From NCBI GenBank assembly GCA_964016885.1, contig OZ024743.1, positions 181,226,001 to 181,290,000 on the forward strand: a stretch of DNA of 64,000 nucleotides, written 5' to 3'. The notes under the pieces were generated by a model. The model saw only the letters and a program-made list of their open reading frames with translations. It was not told the DNA's origin and ran no database searches. Origin of the DNA: Eledone cirrhosa. Lineage: Eukaryota. The position numbers were made by a program, and so were the translations under genes. This document shows positions 32,565 to 44,900 of this stretch, piece after piece. Position 1 is the first letter of the stretch; every line of letters starts with the position of its first letter.

Positions 32565-35500
32565 CTACAGGCTGATATAGAGAGAAGGCCCATTCACTCG
32601 GGCCATTCTCGCTACTTTCACCAATCTTTCATAAAACTTGCTGGGGTAGAGCACCTCTCTCTCCATTCTGATCCTTCTTCTAAAGTGGTACTTGAAAAAA
32701 AAGACCAGTTGTTGGCCGGAGAGAAAGGTGTCTGACCTCAGCCCTTTCAACCTTGTCCACCATACAACTTCTTTCGCCATAGCTATCACACAGAGGAAAA
32801 CCGCCTCTCCTTCGTTTTTGAAAGGGGGAGGCGGTTTGATTGTGACAATGTTCTCGGTGGTCAACCGGATTGGTCCCACCCGCGACAGTAGTCGTTCTAC
32901 ATAGCCCCACAGGTCAGCAACGCCCAGGCAGTGTAAGAATGCGTGTGCGACGGTTTCCTCGTCACGCACGCATCTTGGACAGATCTTCTTCGAGGGATCC
33001 CTACCCGGGCGCCCGTGTCTGTAGAGCTTGTCCCGAACGGGTAGAGCTCCTCGGTAACATTGCCAAGCCAGGGACTTTTGGAAGTTGTCCATCGGTCCCG
33101 GGCCAAACGTCCTACCGAACAGACTGGCCAGCTCGTCTTCCTCCATGCCCAGAGCCTCTCCGAGAGCGTCGTCGCACTTACTGCGCACCAACCCTCTATA
33201 GAATGTTGAGGTTGAGTCTCCACTGATTGCCGGATCCGCTTGCCAGAGGGCCATGAGCGCCTGGGCACATTCAATGTGCCAGTCGCCCACTTTTCTCGGT
33301 CTTTGCTTGACCCAGGATTGAAGCTCGGTGAGTGAGACGAGTCTCGGAAAGGCTCGCCTCACAAACAGGGCCCACACCGGCTGACCAGTGAGGAATACCT
33401 GGAGGTGCCGTAGCCTTAATGCGTGTCTACGCATCGTCAGCCACGCCATCCCCAGCCCTCCGTTCGAAGGGTGTTGACAGCAGATGGATCTTCTCACCAA
33501 AGGAGCCCGCTTCTTCCAAAGAAATCGGAAGAGCGCGCGCTCCATTTTGGCGAGTCTTTTCTCTGGGCAAGGCACGACGGTCAAGCGGTAGTAGATGACG
33601 GACGCTATATAAGCGTTCGCCATCTCCGCTCGACCTTTCAGGGATAGTTTGCACTCGGCCCACTTCTGGGCGAGTGCAAACACCTTGCCCGTTACCTCGT
33701 CCCAGTTTTTCTCCACCTGGAGGTCCGGTCCGAACCAGACCCAGAGCAGCTTCACCGGTCCCTCCGTCCAGCGTCCGACGATGCCGTCGGAGGGCATCGT
33801 TTTGCCCCTCCACGTCCCGAGTTGCAAACCGACGGACTTGTCCCGGTTCAGCTTGGCTCCTGTGAACCTTTCATATTCCTCCAGTAAGGTGCCGATCTGC
33901 CCGATTTCCGAGGCGCACAACACCATTACTGTCACGTCATCGGCGTAGGCCGACACCGCTTTCCGCAATCCCGGTTCCAAGGGGATACCCTGCAACAGCT
34001 CCAGCTTCCGCAGTAGTGGCTCGAAAGCCAGCACATACAGGAGGGAGGAGAGAGGGCATCCCTGTCGAATGGATCGCGTGATTTGGAACGGCTCCGAGAG
34101 GTAGCCGTTCACCTTGACCCTCGAGCAGGTGTTGCTGCTTTGCATTGCAACAATCCAGCCCCTGAAAACGGGTCCGAAGCCTGCCGCCGCGAGCACCGCA
34201 TCCAGGTACCGATGGTCAACCCTATCGAATGCTTTAGATTGATCCAAATTGATCAGGGCCCCACCAAAGCCGGGTTCGTTCCCTACCCTCTCTACGATGT
34301 ATCGCATGAGGTGGAGGTTGTCGTGTATGGACCTGGACGGGATTGCGCATGTCTGCGCTTCTCCCACCAGGTTCCCGACGACAAGCACCAACCTCTTCGC
34401 TAACACCTTGGCCAAAATCTTTAACTCTGTGTTTAGCAGAGTTATGGGCCTGAAGTTATCTATGTCATCCCCCTTGTTCTCGTCCTTCCTCACCAGCGTG
34501 ACTACGCCCTTGGTCACAGAACTGGGAATTCTCCCGTTCTGTTGCCAGTTGCAGTAGACCGCTTCGAGGAGACCGGAGAACAAGCCGGCATCGCTACATA
34601 AAGTTCGTATTGTAGACCATCGAGACCCGGAGATTTGCGTTTGCCGCATTGGCTCAGCGCTTCCCCTATTTCAGCGGCTGAAATCGGCCTCTCGCAAGAC
34701 TTCACTTCCCCGTCCGAGAGCCGCGCCAGACCGTCGAGGTATGGACCGAAATCCATGGCCCCACCCGGCCCGCCGCCCCTCCCGAACAGTCGTGCAAAGC
34801 GCCGTTGAAAGGCTGCGATCATCCGCTCAGGTTCAAGGATCACGCGTCCATCCTGGTCCTTCAAAGACCGAATCGTGGACTTGTTTCCACTTTTTGCCTC
34901 TGTCACTCGGGCCCAGCTAACAGCTTTGGCTCCCTCGTTACCCAGAGCACGTATTTTACTCCTGACAACGCAGCCCTCGTGCTTCGCATCAAAGAACTGG
35001 TCTAGGGCCGTTCTTGACGACAGCACGCCGGCCACGTTGCCACTCCTAATCGCCTCTTCTACTCTATTTGTTAATTCCCTTTCAGTTCTATTCCTATCTG
35101 ATGCTAATTCCCGACTAAAACCTATCGATTCTATTCTAATTTCTCTCTTGAGAGAGCCCCACCACCTGTTGTTGACAATTGCCCCCGTCAAACGCTGCTT
35201 AACTAGTGTGCTAATCCGCTTACTGTAAGCTTTGTTTGTCGGTAAAGACAAGTTTAGCTTCCAGTAACCGGGTCCCTGTCTATGAGTTCTATCAAGGTTG
35301 ACCACTCCGGTCACCAACTTGTGATCCGAATAGTCAACCATGAACATTCGTGGACAGCTTAATATGTCCCTATCCTTATTTCTAACTAGGAACCTATCTA
35401 GGTACGACCTAGATGTTCCGCTGCGATTACTCCACGTCCACCGTGGCACAGTCGGAAAATCTAGTCGATATCTATCGGGCAGATCAAATCGGCCGTTTAA

Positions 35501-36009
35501 TCCTTTGAGGCTGTTACCCCCCCCCCCCCTCCTCTATCGGGACATGCCCCTACATAGTCCCAACGTGCATCCAGGATACCATTCCAGTCCCCCACTAAAA
35601 GCAAGGAGCGAGACGTTCCCAGGAAATTCTCCAGGCGTCGGAAGAAGTCCGGTCGCGGTGTCCCAGATGGGGCATACGCTGCCACCAGCCTGAAAGTTCC
35701 ACCTTCACCACTGCCGACGTCTAAAACCACCAGTCGACCCTCCGGGTCCAGATGTACCTTCTGTGTGGCAAGACCCAGGTATTTTCGCAGCAGAACGACA
35801 ACCCCACCACCACCCCTCGGCTGACAGAGAGATGCGTAGATCTCAAAGTCGTCGAAGATGGGGGCCAGTTGGCGCTCGCTGCTGATCCTGGACTCGCAAA
35901 TAACCATTACATCCACTCTGTGCGACCTGAGGTCATTTAAGAGTTTGCCCTGTTTCCAGGACATCTCCAAGCCGCGTGCATTCACACATCCAACTCTTAT
36001 TTTGGCCAT
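32565..36009 (-). pseudogene. Tx1 ORF2 (APE-RT-Cys) in three frames
   Basis: 35497-36009 (CVNARGL, GDWN), 34514-35449 (SYLDR, SDH, KSPGLDG) and 32565-34649 (FRPITLLN, QGCPLS, YADD, CPRC). Frameshifts at a C-run near 35520 and near 34590. Confidence 0.9.
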
Positions 36010-36049
36010 GTTGGTGCTGAAGAGGTAAAAGGGAAGAGGAAAGGAAATT

Positions 36050-37993
36050 ACTTACCTCTTCGTCTCCTGGGGACCAGGCTGCACAATTTCCATGGGGGTG
36101 TTGGAAGGGTTGTTTGGTGGGGTGGTAGTTTGTGGTGGTTTGTGGTGGGGTGAGGACATCAGTGTATGGTGGGATTAGGGTGTTTGGTGGGGTGTGGGTG
36201 TCTTGTGTTGGGGTGGGGAAACATCTCAATAGGACGCTGTTATGTGGTTTGGTGCAGTTGGTCCCCACATGCATTGGATGGTTCTTTTTCAAAGTTACAT
36301 AGGTTTCCGTTGGGACCCTAATCATCATTAGGTGCGGTTTGTTCGCTGCGTAGGTGAAAGTGATCCCTTCGGTTTCCACCGAAGGGTTATTTTCTATCGC
36401 TTTCATCAACGTTTTATTGTTCTTGTTAATGTATGTATAGAGTTTTTGTTGTGTTGTGTTTGTTTTTGTTTGTTGTTCTTGTGCGTGTTTGCGTTTTGTA
36501 GTACGTGTTATGTTTTGGGGAGGGGTGGGTTTTTTTATTTGTGATGTTTGTTCTGTTTGTGCTGGTGGTTGTGTGTTTGTGGCATTTTTGTTAATGTGGT
36601 GCCTTTTTTTTCCTTTTCACCTGTTGAAAGGGTTCTCCCTCGTCGTCACTGGGTGACGTTGATACGGAGTCCTCTTCCGTGTTGTTGGGGAGGGGTATAT
36701 TTTGGGGTTTTGTTGTGGTTGCTTTTGTATTTGTTTTAGGTGGCGAGGGGTTGGGTGGAACAGTGTTTTGTGTTGTTATTTTTCCGTGTTGTTGTGGTTG
36801 TTGTTGTTGTTGTTGTGGTGGTGGTGGTGGTGGTGGCGGTGGTGATGGTGGTGGTTGTGTTGTGTTCGGGGTTGGCAGAAGAGCCTTTTTTTTTACTCGT
36901 TAATTGAGGACAGGCAGCCCTCAGGTGACCCCTGCTTAAGCAGTGGTAACATGACGGCCGCCTTCCCTCCACTGAAATGTTTATATAAGTTAGCCCGTCC
37001 AGAGGCACGCGTTGTGGGATATTCGCTATTCGTTCTGGGCTCATTTGCACCAGAACTTCTACGGTGGTCCCACAAAATACACCTCCGGGGGACTTTCCTA
37101 TTGAAATTATCTTGTCTTCGTCAAAGTTAATTATTCCACATAGTATCCACCAAATATTTACATTTGGTGTGATACTCATTATTTTTATTCTTTGTGTCCT
37201 TTTTCCCCTGTATGTGGGGTAAAAGGTGAAGCGGGGGTGCTACCGAGTACTTTTGAGCTATTGACTGGTTGTTCATTAGCACCGAAATGCTACCAAACAG
37301 TTTAGCTTTTTGTATGAATGTTAAGTCCTTCATTGCATCTTTTAGAACCAGCTCCATCTCATTTTGTGATAATTGAGCTGGTTTTCTTGTTTCGTTCGAT
37401 ATTGTCCTGAAAACCACAGTTTTCAGGACAGCCTCTCTACGTAATTCCTGTGGAGAATTGATGCTAAAAGCACCGTTTTCGCCAAAAGTCACGAATTGTT
37501 TTGCGTCTTCTAATAGTTGTTTAGCATTTGTTATGTCTATTGGCGTGTATAGTTCGTTTTTTTTTACGGTCTGTGCGAATGTTGTTTTGGTGTTGTTGTC
37601 TTTTTTGTTACTGTCACTGTTGGTAATATTGGTGTTGCTATTGTTGCAGTTGTTAGTTATGGTGTTATTGTCATTGTTCTTGTTGTTGGTGCTGGTATTA
37701 TTTACCGGGTTTGGTTTCGTGGTTTCGATATTTTTCACGTTTTTCGATGATGCGAGGGGGGAAGGCTGCAAGCTTTCTACTCCTACCTTCCCTCCACCAC
37801 TTTTCTTAGTGGGCGTGGCACTCACGACAGTGTGCGAGGTGGAAATGGCATCCATTGCCACCAAGTCTACAGTTTTTAGATGAAAATTGAAAATTTCGCC
37901 CCAGAAAGGGGCGAAAATTAGTTGACTCAACGTCTGACGGCCCAGGCAAGGGGTTAAACTAAACAATGTTATTAAATTGAGCAATGAACTCAC
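36050..37993 (-). pseudogene. Tx1 ORF1, fragmented
   Basis: TFAQTVK and VEGRRPSCYHCLSRGHLRAAC (intact CX2CX4HX4C); several frameshifts. Confidence 0.75.
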
Positions 37994-38055
37994 AGTTTTT
38001 TTGACAACAATCCGAAAAAATCTGGAGCAAAGTAAATCACGTCTATATCAAGTGG

Positions 38056-38445
38056 TAATTGATATAGAGAGGGGAATTGGAAGAGAGTTAGGTGTAGCAG
38101 ATATAGAGAGGGGGAGAGTTTGGTTTTAATTGATATAGAGAGGGGGATTGGAAGAGAGTTCCGTGTAGTGGATACAGAGAGGTAGTGGTTGTAGTTGTTC
38201 AGAGAAGGATAATGGGAGAGTGTCGTGTTGTAGATATAGAGAGGGTGAAAGTTTAGGGGTGATTGACATACAGAGGCGGATTGGGAGAGATAAGTGTAAA
38301 TTTTTATAGAGAACTTCTATTGGTCTTAGATATAGAAAGTGGGATAAGAGAGGAGGTGTCGTGGTAGATAGAGAGAGAGAGTTAAAGTTTGGTTTTAATA
38401 GAAACAGAGAGGGGAATTAAAACATAGGAGAGGATGAGAATTTGG
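38056..38445. repeat. Degenerate purine-rich minisatellite with a GATATAGAGAGGG core, ~30/60-bp period
   Basis: The core recurs about ten times. Confidence 0.75.
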
Positions 38446-38448
38446 TGG

Positions 38449-38777
38449 TACTCTCGGGTCCCAAACAATAGGAAGGGTGGCAATAATGGAGGGTAGCTTG
38501 AGAAATCAGTAATTATATAGTGTACATTCGTAAATATGGGATTTCTTGTAATGTTCTTCTTTTGTCATATATAATGTTTTTTTAATGTAAAATAAAATTA
38601 TTAGATTCTCCAGCTGCTGTATCAATATGAATCACTTACAATAAAATTTCGCCGGAGATAGATTACCTAAATCTAGTAAGCGGGTAGGGGTGGGGGTGAA
38701 ATAAAAACTGGGTTGGGGGGAAATCTGACAAACTAATAAGCGGGGCCTGGGGACGATTATTCAAGACCTGAGAATAC
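38449..38777. mobile_element. MITE with imperfect TIRs and TA ends (Tc1/mariner-like)
   Basis: Left end TACTCTCGGGTCCCAAACAATAG versus right-end reverse complement TATTCTCAGGTCTTGAATAATCG; partial copies at 16.8-17.3 kb. Confidence 0.55.
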
Positions 38778-38830
38778 GTGAATTATTGACGGACGTAAGA
38801 ATGAAAATCCAATACCAAAGTAGAGTTTAA

Positions 38831-38968
38831 ATATTCATTTATTGTGGCTAAGCCTTGTTACTCTGGAGTCTCACCTGCGTACTCACTAGACAGGGCTGGT
38901 CATCCTGTGAGTGTGCAAGTGAAACTTTAGAGTAACAAAGCTTACCAATAGCCATAATAAATGAATGT
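38831..38968. repeat. ~140-bp imperfect palindrome (hairpin MITE-like)
   Basis: Arms ATTCATTTATTGTGGCTA/TAGCCATAATAAATGAAT, TTGTTACTCT/AGAGTAACAA and ACTCAC/GTGAGT. Confidence 0.8.
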
Positions 38969-39056
38969 ATATATATGAATGTATATATATATAGTATCGC
39001 GATATGTTAACCCCTTATGAAAGGGTACAGAGCATTTTTTTGTTATTATATATATA

Positions 39057-39301
39057 CAGAGGCAGTGGAACTTTGCGAGGAGGGGGGGGGGGGCAATGCT
39101 TCCCTCCAATAATTATATTTTCTCCCCAAACTACCAAAACACACATTACTTGGATATGCGCTACAATTTATGTACATGGTATGTTTATCGCATATGGAAT
39201 TTGTTTTTACCACTTTAGAGTGCAAAGAGCTAAACTAATCACTACAACTAAATTGTCCAAATCCCCCCCCCCCCCATTCAGAAATGCTTCCGCCGCCCCA
39301 G
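39057..39301. mobile_element. hAT-like MITE in TA-rich DNA
   Basis: Imperfect TIR CAGAGGCAGTGGAA versus CTGGGGCGGCGGAA (reverse complement of the right end), with internal G-run and C-run. The TSD is not clean. Confidence 0.45.
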
Positions 39302-39647
39302 AAATATATATATATAATTACATTTAATTAAATAGCTCTGTACAATACATAGAGCACTCTTCTTTCCTTTACCTTTTCTACCCAAATACTTAACACATAA
39401 CATTTATAAATATATATATATTATTTTACTCTTTGACTAGTTTCTCTATTACTTTGTATGTATGTATGGTTCCGTAACTTCTGGTGGAGTGTCGTATAAG
39501 CCCCGCAGTGACATGCGACATTTATAGGGTATTTTGTTTATACCTAGTAGAGCCTCTCTCCTCTCCAGGTCTGAATGCAGCAGATTTCTTCAAGGGAAGG
39601 ATAAAGTGTGAGAGAAAGAGGAAAGAAGAAAGAAATGTAGAGGATGA

Positions 39648-39800
39648 ATTGACCTCCAGCACTTGACTGTTACTTTTTTATCAGCATCGAAAGGATGAAA
39701 GGCAAAGTTGACCTGGACGGGGTTTGAACTCAGAGAATAGAGAACCGGAACGAATAGCACAAAGCACTCTATTCGACGTTCTAACGACTCAGCCAGTTCG
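39648..39800 (-). mobile_element. Nin-domain SINE, related subfamily
   Basis: aggatgaaaggcaaagttgacct...ggtttgaactcaga...cgacgttctaacgac. Confidence 0.7.
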
Positions 39801-40529
39801 TTGCCTGTTATCACTAAATTACGACCATATGAATATAATCCCACACGCACACATATATTATTTTCTTTTTATATAATAATATATATAATAGAGCACTTAC
39901 GTAATCCTTGACTCCCCACTATTAAACACATATGTACACATAATTGGCCGTTATTATCATCCTACAGTGTATACTTAACCTAATGATGTAAGTTTGAATT
40001 TGACCTACTGCAGCAAAAATAGCAGCACAGCCTGTACTAGGCTGGGTTGTAATTATATTATCTGCTGTATCTATATATAATATAACAGAGAGATGTTTGT
40101 TGGTTGCTGTCTTCGCGCATCACACAAAAACCAAAACAGATAGTCCAGATGTAAGTAATCCAATGGAATAAGAGTAATCATCTTATAACATCAAAGAAAA
40201 CGAAAAGCATCCCGAGTATGCTAACCAATCCGACTGCTATTTCTAACAAGTTGGGAGAAAACCACAGGAGATTCTCTGTGCGTTGTCAGTGATTCTCATG
40301 TTTCGCAGCCAGTGTCTCCGTAGATTCGAACGCTGGTTTACACACAAACACACACACACACACACACACACACATCTATATATAATTATCCATGTCTATA
40401 TTTGTATATAATATAAAAGATTGGAACTCCCATCATCCTTTTGAGAAACCTGCACCAGCCACGTCTATACTATGGCACACGCTTAACAGTCAGACGGATG
40501 ATGAACCAATCTCTTAGCTGTCACTATTC

Positions 40530-41062
40530 TTGAAGGCCATTATCAAGTCAATACAATCTAAATATAAGAAAACCGATCCCACCACAGATAACTCTATTAA
40601 TGATGAGGCTAAATACATTGGCACTACCATGAGGAAAGAACATAGATTAGGATGCTTAACGAAGAGGGGGGGGGCTTACGTAACACCTAAGGACCATAAG
40701 GATGACTTCATAACGTACCCAACACGTAGACACATTAACCCAGCCAAGACAGAATTATCCCTTGTCAGTAAGAACCTACTTAGAAACTTGAATAGAAATA
40801 TTAATAAACAACGTAAACTTAACCAATGGGAAAATAGCCAAGCGATGTTAGATTGGGTTAACTCCCTTAAGCATACGGATAGAGCCAGATTCCCCCAATT
40901 CGATATCGTTGATTTTTACCCGTCGATATCCATTGATTTACTCGATACGGCCCTGGACTTCATGGTAGATTTAGCGATATACATGACTTGCACCGACTAG
41001 TAATATCTCACTGCCATAAAACCCTCCTCTTCAACAAGGGGAGGGGTCCTGGATAAAGAAAT
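40530..41062 (+). pseudogene. Second Naiad-type Penelope RT fragment
   Basis: KDHKDDF...INPAKTELSLVSK...LNQWENSQAMLDW...QFDIVDFYPSI..LLDTALDF, continuing past the stop as IISHCHKTLLF..WIKK. Confidence 0.8.
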
Positions 41063-41094
41063 ACTACTACTACTACTACGACTTCTACTACTGC

Positions 41095-41128
<34 letters not shown>

Positions 41129-41194
41129 GCTACTACTACCACTACTACTACTACTACCACCACTACCACCGCTACTACCACTACTAAAACTACT

Positions 41195-41248
<54 letters not shown>

Positions 41249-41650
41249 TCACTGGCTGCAACACCACCACCAACAACACCAACAACAACATCACCACCAC
41301 TAACAACAACACCAGTAAGACCACCACTAAGACCACCACCACCACCACTACTACCATCACTACCACCACCACTAACAACAACAACACAATCTCTCTTTTC
41401 CTGTTGCTCTACTTATTAGTTTACATAATTTACACCACTTCCTCTCTCTCTCACTTCCTCTCTCTCTCTCACACACACTTCCTCTCTCTCTCACTTCCTC
41501 TTTCTCTCTCACACACACTTCCTCTCTCTCTCACTTCCTCTTTCTCTCTCACACTTCGTCTCTCTCTCACTTCCTCTTTCTCTCTCACACTTCCTCTCTC
41601 TCTCTCACACACACTTCCTCTCTCTCTCACTTCCTGTTTCTCTCACACAC

Positions 41651-41689
<39 letters not shown>

Positions 41690-41741
41690 TCCTCTTTCTC
41701 TCTCTGTCTCACGCTTCCTCTCTCTCTCTCACACACACTTC

Positions 41742-41772
<31 letters not shown>

Positions 41773-41960
41773 TCTCACACACTTCCTATTTCTCTCTTTC
41801 ACACTTCCTCTCTCTCTCTCACACTTCCTCTCTCTCACATACACACTTCCTCACTCTCTCTCTCTCGCTCTCTCTCTCACACACACACACTTGCTCTCTA
41901 TCATACATACACACACACACACACTTCCTCTCTCTCTCATTACTCACACACAAATACACC
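41062..41960. repeat. (CTA)n/(CCA)n tract followed by a CT-rich CACACTTCCTCTCTCT minisatellite
   Basis: Directly visible. Confidence 0.9.
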
Positions 41961-41987
41961 CACAATCCATAACTCTCACAGAGAGGC

Positions 41988-44900
41988 ACTTTTTTTCGTA
42001 AGGTGGGTAAGGTGTAGTATTTTTCGTATGGTGCGTATGGGTAAAATTTTTCGTATGGTGAGTAAGGGTAGTATTTTTCGTATGGTGGGTAGGTGTAGTA
42101 TTTTTCGTATGGTGGGTAGGTGTAGTATTTTTCGTATGGTGGGTAGGTGTAGTATTTTTCGTAAGGTGGGTAAGGTGCAGTATTTTTCGTAAGGTGGGTA
42201 AGGTGTAGTATTTTTTCGTATCGTGGGTAAGGTGTAGTATTTTTCGTATGGTGGGTAAGGGGTAGTATTTTTCGTAAGGTGGGTAAGGTGTAGTATTTTT
42301 CGTAATGTGTAGTATTTTTCGTATGGTGCGTATGGCTAAAATTTTTCGTATGGTGAGTAAGGGTAGTATTTTTCGTATGGTGGGTAGGTGTAGTATTTTT
42401 CGTATGGTGGGTAACGTGTAGTATTTTTCGTAAAGTGGGTAAGGTGTAGTATTTTTTCGTATCGTGGGTAAGGTGTAGTATTTTTCGTATGGTGCGTATG
42501 GGTAAAATTTTTCGTATGGTGAGTAAGGGTAGTATTTTTCGTATGGTGGGTAGGTGTAGTATTTTTCGTATGGTGGGTAAGGTGTAGTATTTTTCGTAAG
42601 GTGGGTAAGGGTAGTTTTTTCGAAAGGTGGGTAAGGGTAGTATTTTTCGTAAGGTGGGTAAGGGTAGTATTTTGCGTAAGGTGGGTAAGGTGTAGTATTT
42701 TTCGAAGGTAGGTTAGGGGTAGTATTTTTCGTAAGGTGGGTAAGGTGTAGTATTTTTCGTATGGTGGGTATGGTGTAGTATTTTTCGTATGGTGGGTAAG
42801 GATAGTATTTTTCGTATGGTGGGTAAGATGTAGTATTTTTCGTAAGGTGGATAAGGTGTAGTATTTTTCGTAAGGTGGGTAAGGTGTAGTATTTTTCGTA
42901 AGGTGGGTAAGGTGTAGTATTTTTCGTAAGGTGGTAAGGTGTAGTATTTTTCGTATTGTGGGTAAGGTGTAGTATTTTTCGTATGGTGGATAAGGTGTAA
43001 TATTTTTCGTATGGTGGGTAAGGTGTAGTATTTTTCGTAAGATGGGTAAGGGTAGTATTTTTTCGTAAGGTGGGTAACGGGTAGTATTTTTCGTAAGGTG
43101 GGTCAGGTGTAGTATTTTTCGTAAGGTGGGTCAGGTGTAGTATTTTTCGTAAGGTAGGTAAGGTGTAGTATTTTTCGTATGGTGGGAGGGTAGTATTTTT
43201 CGTAGGTGTGTAAGGGGTAGTATTTTTCGTAATGTGAGTAAGGTGTAGTATTTTTCGTAGGTGGGTAAGGGTTAGTATTTTTCGTAAAGTTGGGTAAGGG
43301 GTAGTATTATTCGTAAGGTACGGTAAGGGGTAGTATTTTTCGTAAGGTGTGTAAGGTGTAGTATTTTTCGATAGGTGGGTAAGGTGTAGTATTTTTAGTA
43401 TGGTGGGGAAGATGTAGTATTTTTCGATAGGTGGGTTAGGTGTAGTATTTTTCGTATGGTGGGTAGGGTGTAGTATTTTTCGTAAGGTGGGTAAGATGAA
43501 GTATTTTCCGTGAGGTGGGTAAGGGGTAATATTTTACGTAAGGTACGGTAAGGGATATTATTTTTCGTAAGGTGGGGTAAGGGTAGTATTTTTCGTGAGG
43601 TGGGTAAGGTGTATTTTTCGTATGGTGGGTAAGGTGTAGTATTTTTCGTATGGTGGGTAAGGTGTAGTATTTTTCGTATGGTGGGTAAGGGTAGTATTTT
43701 TCGTAAGGTGGGTAGGGGGTAGTATTTTTCGTAAGGTGGGTCAGGTGTAGTATTTTTCGTAAGGTGGGTAAGGTGTAGTATTTTTTCGTATCGTGGGTAA
43801 GGTGTAGTATTTTTCGTATGGTGTAGAAGGTGTAGTATCTTTCGTATGGTGGGTAAGGGGTAGTATTTTTCGTATGGTGGGTAAGGTGGAGTATTTTTCG
43901 TAAAGTGGGTAAGGTGTAGTATTTTTCGTAAGGTGGGTAAGGTGTAGTATTTTTCAATTGGTGGGTAAGGGTAGTATTTTTCGTAGGTGGGTAAGGGGTA
44001 GTATTTTTCGTAAGGTGGGTAAGGGTAGTATTTTTCGTATAGTGGGTAAGGGTAGTATTTTTCGTATGGTGGGTAAGGTGTAGTATTTTTCGTATGGTGG
44101 GTAAGGTGTAGTATTTTTCATATGGTGGGTAAGGTGTAGTATTTTTCGTATGGTGGGTAAGGGTAGTATTTATCGTATGATGGGTAAGGTGTAGTATTTT
44201 TCGTATGGTGGGTAAGGTGTAGTATTTTTCGTATGGTGGGTAAGGATAGTATTTTTCGTAAGGTGGGTAAGGGTAGTATTTTGCGTAAGGTGGGTAAGGT
44301 GTAGTATTTTTCGTAATGTACGGTAAGCGGTAATATTTTTTGTAAGGTGGGTAAAGGTAGTATCTTTCGTAAGGTGGAAAAGCATAGTATCTTTCGTAAG
44401 GTGGGTAAGGTGTAGTATTTTTTGTAAGGTGGTAAGGGTAGTATTTTTCCTAAGATGGGTAAGGGTAGTATTTTTCGAAAGGTGGGTAAATGTAGTATTT
44501 TTCGTAAAGTGGGTAAGGATAGTATTTTCGTAAAGTGGGGTAAGGGGTAGTATTTTTCGTAAGGAGGGTAAGGGTAGTATTTTTCGTAAGGTAAGTAAGG
44601 GTAGTATTTTTCGTAAGGTGGGTAACAGTGGTATTTTTCGTAAGGTACGGTAAGGGGTAGTATTTTTCGAGAGGTGGGTAAAGTGTAGTATTTTTCGTAA
44701 GGTGGGTAAGGGTAGTAATTTTGGTAAGGTGGGTAAGGGTATTATTTTTCGTACTGTGGTAAGGGTAGTATTTTTCGTATGGTGGGTAAGGGTATTATTC
44801 TTCGTAAGGTGGGTAAAGTGTAGTATTTTTCGTAAGGTGGTAAGGGTAGTATTTTTCGTATGTGAGTAAGGGTAGTATTTTTCATAAGGTGAGTAAGGAT

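Larger units (their letters stand above)
32326..38055 (-). mobile_element. Second full-length Tx1/L1-clade element of a related but distinct family, with frameshifts
   Basis: ORF1 and ORF2 pieces are homologous to 7457-12831. The minus strand has AATAAA at ~32332-32337 and a 5' UTR with AGACGTG...GCTCC. Confidence 0.88.

Noticed and set aside
40990-41005. CTAG|T as the 3' end of a Helitron starting at 40070
   Set aside because: It lies inside the Penelope RT fragment, whose homology continues past it.
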